DNA of 23,264 nt from Prasinococcaceae sp. CCMP 1430 (Eukaryota; Plantae; Prasinodermophyta), in assembly GCA_013416795.1 (NCBI GenBank), contig RQSC01000053.1:72473-95736 (forward strand), written 5' to 3'. The position numbers were made by a program, and so were the translations under genes. The notes below the pieces were generated by a model. That model saw only the letters and a list, made by a program, of their open reading frames with translations, was not told the origin of the DNA and did no database searches. Positions 18,676 through 23,264 of the stretch are shown in pieces (the stretch's first letter is position 1; each line of letters begins with the position of its first letter).

Positions 18676-20652
18676 ATGGCAGGGTTGGGTACGGCCCCGT
18701 CCACAGACTCAAGGAAGTGGGAGGTGGAGGGGGGGAGAGGGGGCTAGCTTCCGCGGGGAGCCACCGCTGCGTTCCGCAGCCCGCGCGCCGCCGGCGCGCG
18801 TGCGCCGGGCGCGNCAACTGCTGCATACTCCGGTGGAATTTGCTTCAAGTAGACGCCCCAGCGAGACGCCGAGCGCGGCGCGGCCGCGGCGGGCCGCGCC
18901 ACCACCGCCGAGGCCGAGGCTGCGAGCGCACTCGCACGCGAGGCTCGGGCGCTCGCCAGCCGTGACAAGTGCCTGACCGAACTCGAGAACGTGCGCAGGG
19001 AGGCCAATGAGCGCGTGGCCTCGCTGGCCGACATGAGGGCCAAACTGCGTGCCTCGGAGAGCACTGTGAGCGAGGAGGCCGCGCGCGCGCGGCGTAGTGC
19101 GGACGATTTGAAGCACCGCTTAAACGAGGCGCAGGGCGCGGCGCAGTCAGCGTCGACGGAGCGTGACCGCTGGGCGGAGCGCGCCGAGGCGGCGGAGGCC
19201 TCCGCATCGAGGGCGCAAGCGGAGCTCGCGCGCGCGCGCGAGGACGGCGAGCGCGCGGCGCGGCGCGAGTTCCGCAGGGACCAGATCGCCATCCAGACCG
19301 AGGTCAACGCCGCGCGCAAGGAGGCCGAGCAGCTGCGCGCCAGCTGCGGTGGCGGTGGCGGTGCGAGCGTCGGCGCGGTAGATGAGGGAGGCGCCGACAC
19401 AGGCGGGATGCCCGCCGAGGTGCCGAGCGCCGAGGAGCTCGCGCGGGCCTCGGAGGCTGCCGCGGAGAGCGAAACGGTGCTCGCTCTGCTCCAAAAAATC
19501 TCCATACTCGAGGAGGGCTGCGACGCGGACAGCGCCGGCGCGGCGTCATCAGCGTCCACGTTGCAGGGCGATGCGCAGATGCGGCGGCGTCTCTCGCGGG
19601 TAGAGGCCGAGTACGAGCGCCAGCGTCGCACCCTCGAGGATCGCGAGCAGCGGCTCGCCAGCGTGAAGGAGGCGCGCGACGTGTGGCGCACCAAAGCGCA
19701 GGACGCGGCCGCCGAGCTTGCGACGCGCACGGAGGAGCTCACGCGGGCGGCGAAAGACCGTTCCGACGTCAAGCGGCGCATGGCAGCCGAGGAGGCCGCG
19801 CAGGACGCGCAGGCACAGCTCGCGGTGGTCGAGGCCGAGCGCGACATGGCGTCCGACGAGGTGCAACGGCTACGAGCGAGCCTGAATGAGGCCATCGCGG
19901 CGGGCGAGGGGAGCGACTGCGCCTCCGGCGGTCTCAATGGCAGCCGCGCGACGAATCTCGAGGCAGAGCTCGACGAGGCGCGCGCGGCACTCGCTCAGGC
20001 ACGCCGCGACGCCGTCGAGGCGAACGGCAAAGCCGCTGGCGCTTCGTGTCCCGCACTTTCGGGCAGCAGCGCGTCGAGCGAGCTCCGCGCCGAGCTAGAA
20101 CGCGAGCAAGAGCGTCGCTTGCTTGCAGAGGCCGCGTTGCAGCGCTCCGAGACGTCATCGATGGGCACGGCCGCGGCGCTCGACGACAGCAAGGCCGAGA
20201 TCGAGCGCCTGCGCACGCAGGTGCTGGAGCTGCGCGATGCGAATGAGGACGCGGCTCCGGCTCCGGCCGCGGCCACGGCCAGCGCCGAAACACGACCGCC
20301 TGCCGGCACGACGGAGTGCGCGCAGGCCACGAGCGAGGAAGACATCGCCGGCATGCGAGAGGATCTCAGCCACGCGCGCGCACAGCTCGAGGAGCTGCGC
20401 GTGGCGGTGTACGTCGCTGACTCGGAGCGCGACAAGTGGTCTGCCGAAGCGATGCACCTGCAGCGGGAAGTGGAAAACTTGCGCGCATTCGCCGCGAGCA
20501 AGGGAGGGCTGCCCGGCGGTGGCGGCGGCGCGGAGAAGTACGCCGAGGGCGGCCAGGCCTTCAACCTGCGCGGGTACTCGCAAGAGTACTGGTTCAGCGC
20601 CCGCTGCTACTGCACGGCGCACCGACGCCACGACCCGCCTCACATACAGTAG
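18676..20652 (+). CDS. Long coiled-coil protein of unknown function, about 615 aa; candidate join(18676..18723,18853..20652)
   Basis: E/A/R-rich heptad-type sequence throughout (e.g. LSRVEAEYERQRRTLEDREQRLASVKEARD). The frame is open from 18853, after an in-frame TAG that fits as a splice acceptor. An upstream ATG 18676 exon ends at GAG|GTGGAG in phase 0. The first exon is inference. Confidence 0.75.
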
Positions 20653-20679
20653 TATGGGCGCTCTCTAGCTAGTCACCCT

Positions 20680-20685
20680 AATAAA
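20680..20685 (+). terminator. AATAAA polyadenylation-like signal after the coiled-coil gene
   Basis: Exact AATAAA about 28 nt after the stop, in an AT-richer island between convergent genes. Use in this organism is unproven. Confidence 0.35.
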
Positions 20686-20742
20686 TCTCAGCGCTCGTCG
20701 TTGGCTCCTGGCTGTGCCGCGGCGCTCGGTGTGCCCACGCGT

Positions 20743-21461
20743 TCATTTTGGTATGGTCACCAGCGCGAACCAGATCACAGATGTCAAATGCAAGCGCGGT
20801 TGAATCGTTTCCGCATTTTTTGTGATTCGAGTTGACCGCGCGTTCCCCAAGCGCGAACGCGCGCGCGTGCGCGCGCCGCGGCAGTGGCCGCGCAGCGTGC
20901 GTGCGGCAGGGGGCGCCGGCGCCTGCGGCGGGACTGGCGCAGCAGCGGGGGCCTGCGCCTGCGCCTGCGCCTGCGCCTGCGCCGCGAGCTTCTCCTCGGC
21001 CGCCCTCATGCGCCTCTGGTAGGGGGACATCTTCACGCGCCGTTGTCTGACCTCTATGGTGCGCGCGCGCACGCGAGCCCCGCACGCGCCTCAGTCAGCG
21101 CCGGCGGGCGGTGCGCACAGTCCAACTTCGTCCGCGGAAGGAGCTGTCACAGGATTCACCGGACAGGATACGTGCGAGCGGCGCGCACGGCTCACAACGC
21201 GCTCGCGCGTACGCACCGATGATGGACGGGATAGGGATGTCGTAATCAGTCCTGTCGTCAATTTCGCGCGCCTCCTGCGCAGGCCGCGTGGGTGGGCGCC
21301 GGTCTGCGATGGGGTTGCCCTGCGGGTGGTGGCCACCGCGAGGAGCAGGCAAGAGGTGAGTCAGCGGCCGTCGCGCGCGTGTTCGCTTGCCACGGGGCTC
21401 GCAAGCGCTCGTGTGCACGCACCTGGGAGGGACGGTTCTCGCGCGCGGCGGGCGCCGCGAC
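20743..21461 (-). CDS. Hypothetical spliced gene; complement(join(20743..21053,21217..21319,21423..21461...)), 5' end unresolved
   Basis: Two introns with GTGCGT donors and CTGAC branch sites (21320..21422 phase 0, CAG acceptor; 21054..21216 phase 1, TAG acceptor) join in phase. The product is RENRPSQ-GNPIADRRPPTRPAQEAREIDDRTDYDIPIPSII-EVRQRRVKMSPYQRRMRAAEEKLAAQAQAQ. No family recognised. Confidence 0.55.
20951..20980. repeat. (GCCTGC)5 hexamer repeat encoding an (AQ)n tract on the minus strand
   Basis: Five perfect units read directly. Confidence 0.9.
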
Positions 21462-21577
21462 CTGTGGCGCGGCAGGCGCCGCAGGCGGCGCCGCGACAGT
21501 CGCAGCGGGTCGACAACGCACTCACAGCAGCAGAGGCAGAGGACACTGCGGTGTCCGCCCCGCCGCGGGCCGTCACG

Positions 21578-23264
21578 ATGGCGCCTCCGCCAGTGGCGAT
21601 GCCCCCACCGCCCGCCACCGCTGCTGGTGCTGCAACAACGTCCGACTCAGCGCTCACTGGGGCGAGCTCCGCGCCTGAGGCCAACGATTCCGTGCAGGCA
21701 GCGACGGACACAGCTGCGACCACGCCGCCTCCCATGTTTTCCGCGCCGCCGGTCACCTCGACCCCGCCAGGATTCACCGCCGCGGCAAGTACGCCTTCGC
21801 AGTCGCACCTGCGCAGACGCGGTCGTACGAGTGCGTCGCCCGCATCAATGCAGGAGCAACAGGAACGCGTTGCGGCGCTGACCAAGCCTCCACCACCGGC
21901 GCCGGCGGGGCCATTAGAGACCGGGACAAACGCCGGTGTTTCTGGCAGCGCCTCTGGAGCGAAGGCCGGCGGGATCAAACGCACGTTCACCATCATGCTG
22001 AGCGTGCTCATGATTGCCATCGGCATCGGCGCCGCGGGACTGGCGGCTCGGCCCGAAGCACGCGAAGCGCTCAGTGCTGCCGCTCACGCGCGGATGCACT
22101 GCGTGCCGTCCGTCGTGACCGTGATGACCGAGTGCACGACGGACGCCATGTCGTGCGCCGCCGTCGTGCACGGCATGAGGGTCCTGCCCATGCTTGCCGC
22201 TGCTGCTGTGGGTGCCCTGGTTTTGTCGGTGGCGTTTTCGTCGAGGCTCGGCTTCAACGGGGCCGTGCTGTACTGCGCGTTCCTCACCTCGGTGTTGGCC
22301 CTGGGGCTATTGTACGCCGGGTACGGATACGTACCTGGCTGCCTGCCGGCGGGGATTCCGAAGTGCGTCGTCAGCGATCTGCGCGCACAATACGCAGCTC
22401 TTCCCGAGTATCCAGGTGTCTTGCTACATCCGACGACGGCGGAGCCACCGCCGGCCGCTGCTCCAGTACCTGCAGTGCCCGTCGCAGATGCACCGCTCGA
22501 GCACGTCCAGGCGCCCCCCGAGCCTGCTGAGGGGATGTTGCGAACCGACTCCTCTCCCGATGCCATCGTCGACACGGACGCTGGGCGTGCAGAGGCGGTT
22601 GCCAATGCGGACGCACCCACACCATTGGATGGCGCCGAGGCCGATCCTGTCGAGTCGAATGCCGCGAGCGACGGAGCCGTCGAAAGCGCCGCACAGCAGC
22701 CTGACGAAGCTGCAAAGGTCGACGTGGACCTGGAGGCCTCCGGGAGTGAGGGCAGCGGCGTTGCTCCCGACGCAGATGCAAGCGTCCCAGACGCAGTTGA
22801 CGAGGTCGAGGCCGAACGTCTGGAGGAAGAGCGGCTAGCAGCAGCGCAGGCTGAGGCAGATGCACGAGCGATTGAGGCCGTCAAAGCCAAGTCCGCGCAG
22901 AAGCGCCAGGCGGAACAAGCCGCTGCGGCCGAGGCTGCCGCTGCAACCGCTGCTGCCGCCGNTCCGGCGCGCGCCCGCCGCCCGCCGATCGCCCCCACCG
23001 CACCGAGAGGCCCTACCGCCCTCCCCCCCACGCGCCGACCTCGCCCGTCCGCTGCGCTCCCGCGCTCTCGCCAGGCGGCGCGGTGTGGCACCCCCCTGCC
23101 CTCGCTGGCGCCCGTCCCGCAGTGGTTTCCGCGCGCGAAAAGCGCGCGAAAACAGGCGCTCACCGCGCTTAGCTGGCGCTCATCCGTACCTCGCCATGCC
23201 GCCCCCCAAACACGCACACACGCATCGCCGCGCCGCGCCGCGCAGCGCCGCGCGCACCGCCGCG
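21578..23264 (+). CDS. Hypothetical membrane protein (Pro/Thr/Ala-rich N-terminus, about 3 TM helices, acidic region, coiled coil), 3'-partial; absent from the supplied ORF track
   Basis: The reading frame containing ATG 21578 is open from 21023 to the window end. It gives IKRTFTIMLSVLMIAIGIGAAGLAA, PMLAAAAVGALVLSVAFSS, AVLYCAFLTSVLALGLLYAGYGY and VDEVEAERLEEERLAAAQAEADARAIEAVKAK. The start is uncertain, and sequence after about 22960 looks intron-like. Confidence 0.7.
   Translation, partial: MAPPPVAMPPPPATAAGAATTSDSALTGASSAPEANDSVQAATDTAATTPPPMFSAPPVTSTPPGFTAAASTPSQSHLRRRGRTSASPASMQEQQERVAALTKPPPPAPAGPLETGTNAGVSGSASGAKAGGIKRTFTIMLSVLMIAIGIGAAGLAARPEAREALSAAAHARMHCVPSVVTVMTECTTDAMSCAAVVHGMRVLPMLAAAAVGALVLSVAFSSRLGFNGAVLYCAFLTSVLALGLLYAGYGYVPGCLPAGIPKCVVSDLRAQYAALPEYPGVLLHPTTAEPPPAAAPVPAVPVADAPLEHVQAPPEPAEGMLRTDSSPDAIVDTDAGRAEAVANADAPTPLDGAEADPVESNAASDGAVESAAQQPDEAAKVDVDLEASGSEGSGVAPDADASVPDAVDEVEAERLEEERLAAAQAEADARAIEAVKAKSAQKRQAEQAAAAEAAAATAAAAXPARARRPPIAPTAPRGPTALPPTRRPRPSAALPRSRQAARCGTPLPSLAPVPQWFPRAKSARKQALTALSWRSSVPRHAAPQTRTHASPRRAAQRRAHRR

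Noticed and set aside
18744-19937. 397-aa minus-strand ORF
   Set aside because: Ser/Ala/Arg-rich antisense shadow of the coiled-coil gene.
2775-21422. Introns as copies of an introner or MITE family
   Set aside because: Beyond donor, branch site and (GC)n runs, I saw no extended sequence similarity or terminal inverted repeats among the introns.
1-23264. CRISPR array, rRNA, transposase or operon-like defence system
   Set aside because: No regularly spaced repeats, rRNA signatures or DDE/RT/recombinase motifs were seen; the DNA is eukaryotic, with unrelated neighbouring genes.

Overview
Very GC-rich, gene-dense eukaryotic nuclear DNA with short GT-AG introns (mostly about 90-170 nt, donors often GTGCGT/GTGAGT/GTACGT, CTGAC branch sites, (GC)n runs). 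Short AT-richer islands separate the genes. A plastid-type ribosomal protein L15 exon suggests a photosynthetic alga; the lineage cannot be fixed from the sequence. Left to right: an intronless ankyrin-repeat gene with atypical codon usage (+), a kinesin-3-like motor (+), two divergent small membrane-protein genes, a 4-exon eukaryotic MscS-like channel (-), a secretory-pathway sulfotransferase-like gene (+), a BLM/Sgs1-type RecQ helicase (-), an apparently truncated plastid rpl15 (-), a long coiled-coil gene (+), a small spliced gene (-), and a multi-TM/acidic protein gene (+) that runs off the window and is absent from the ORF track. No rRNA, tRNA, CRISPR array or transposase was found. The best leads are the rpl15 fragment with no C-terminal exon, a promethin/LDAF1- or oleosin-like hydrophobic hairpin protein, a possible head-to-head gene overlap near 21.4-21.7 kb, a palindromic TGTAGTACTAC motif shared by two promoter islands, and the atypical ankyrin cassette. 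All homology calls are from motif recognition by eye, not database searches.
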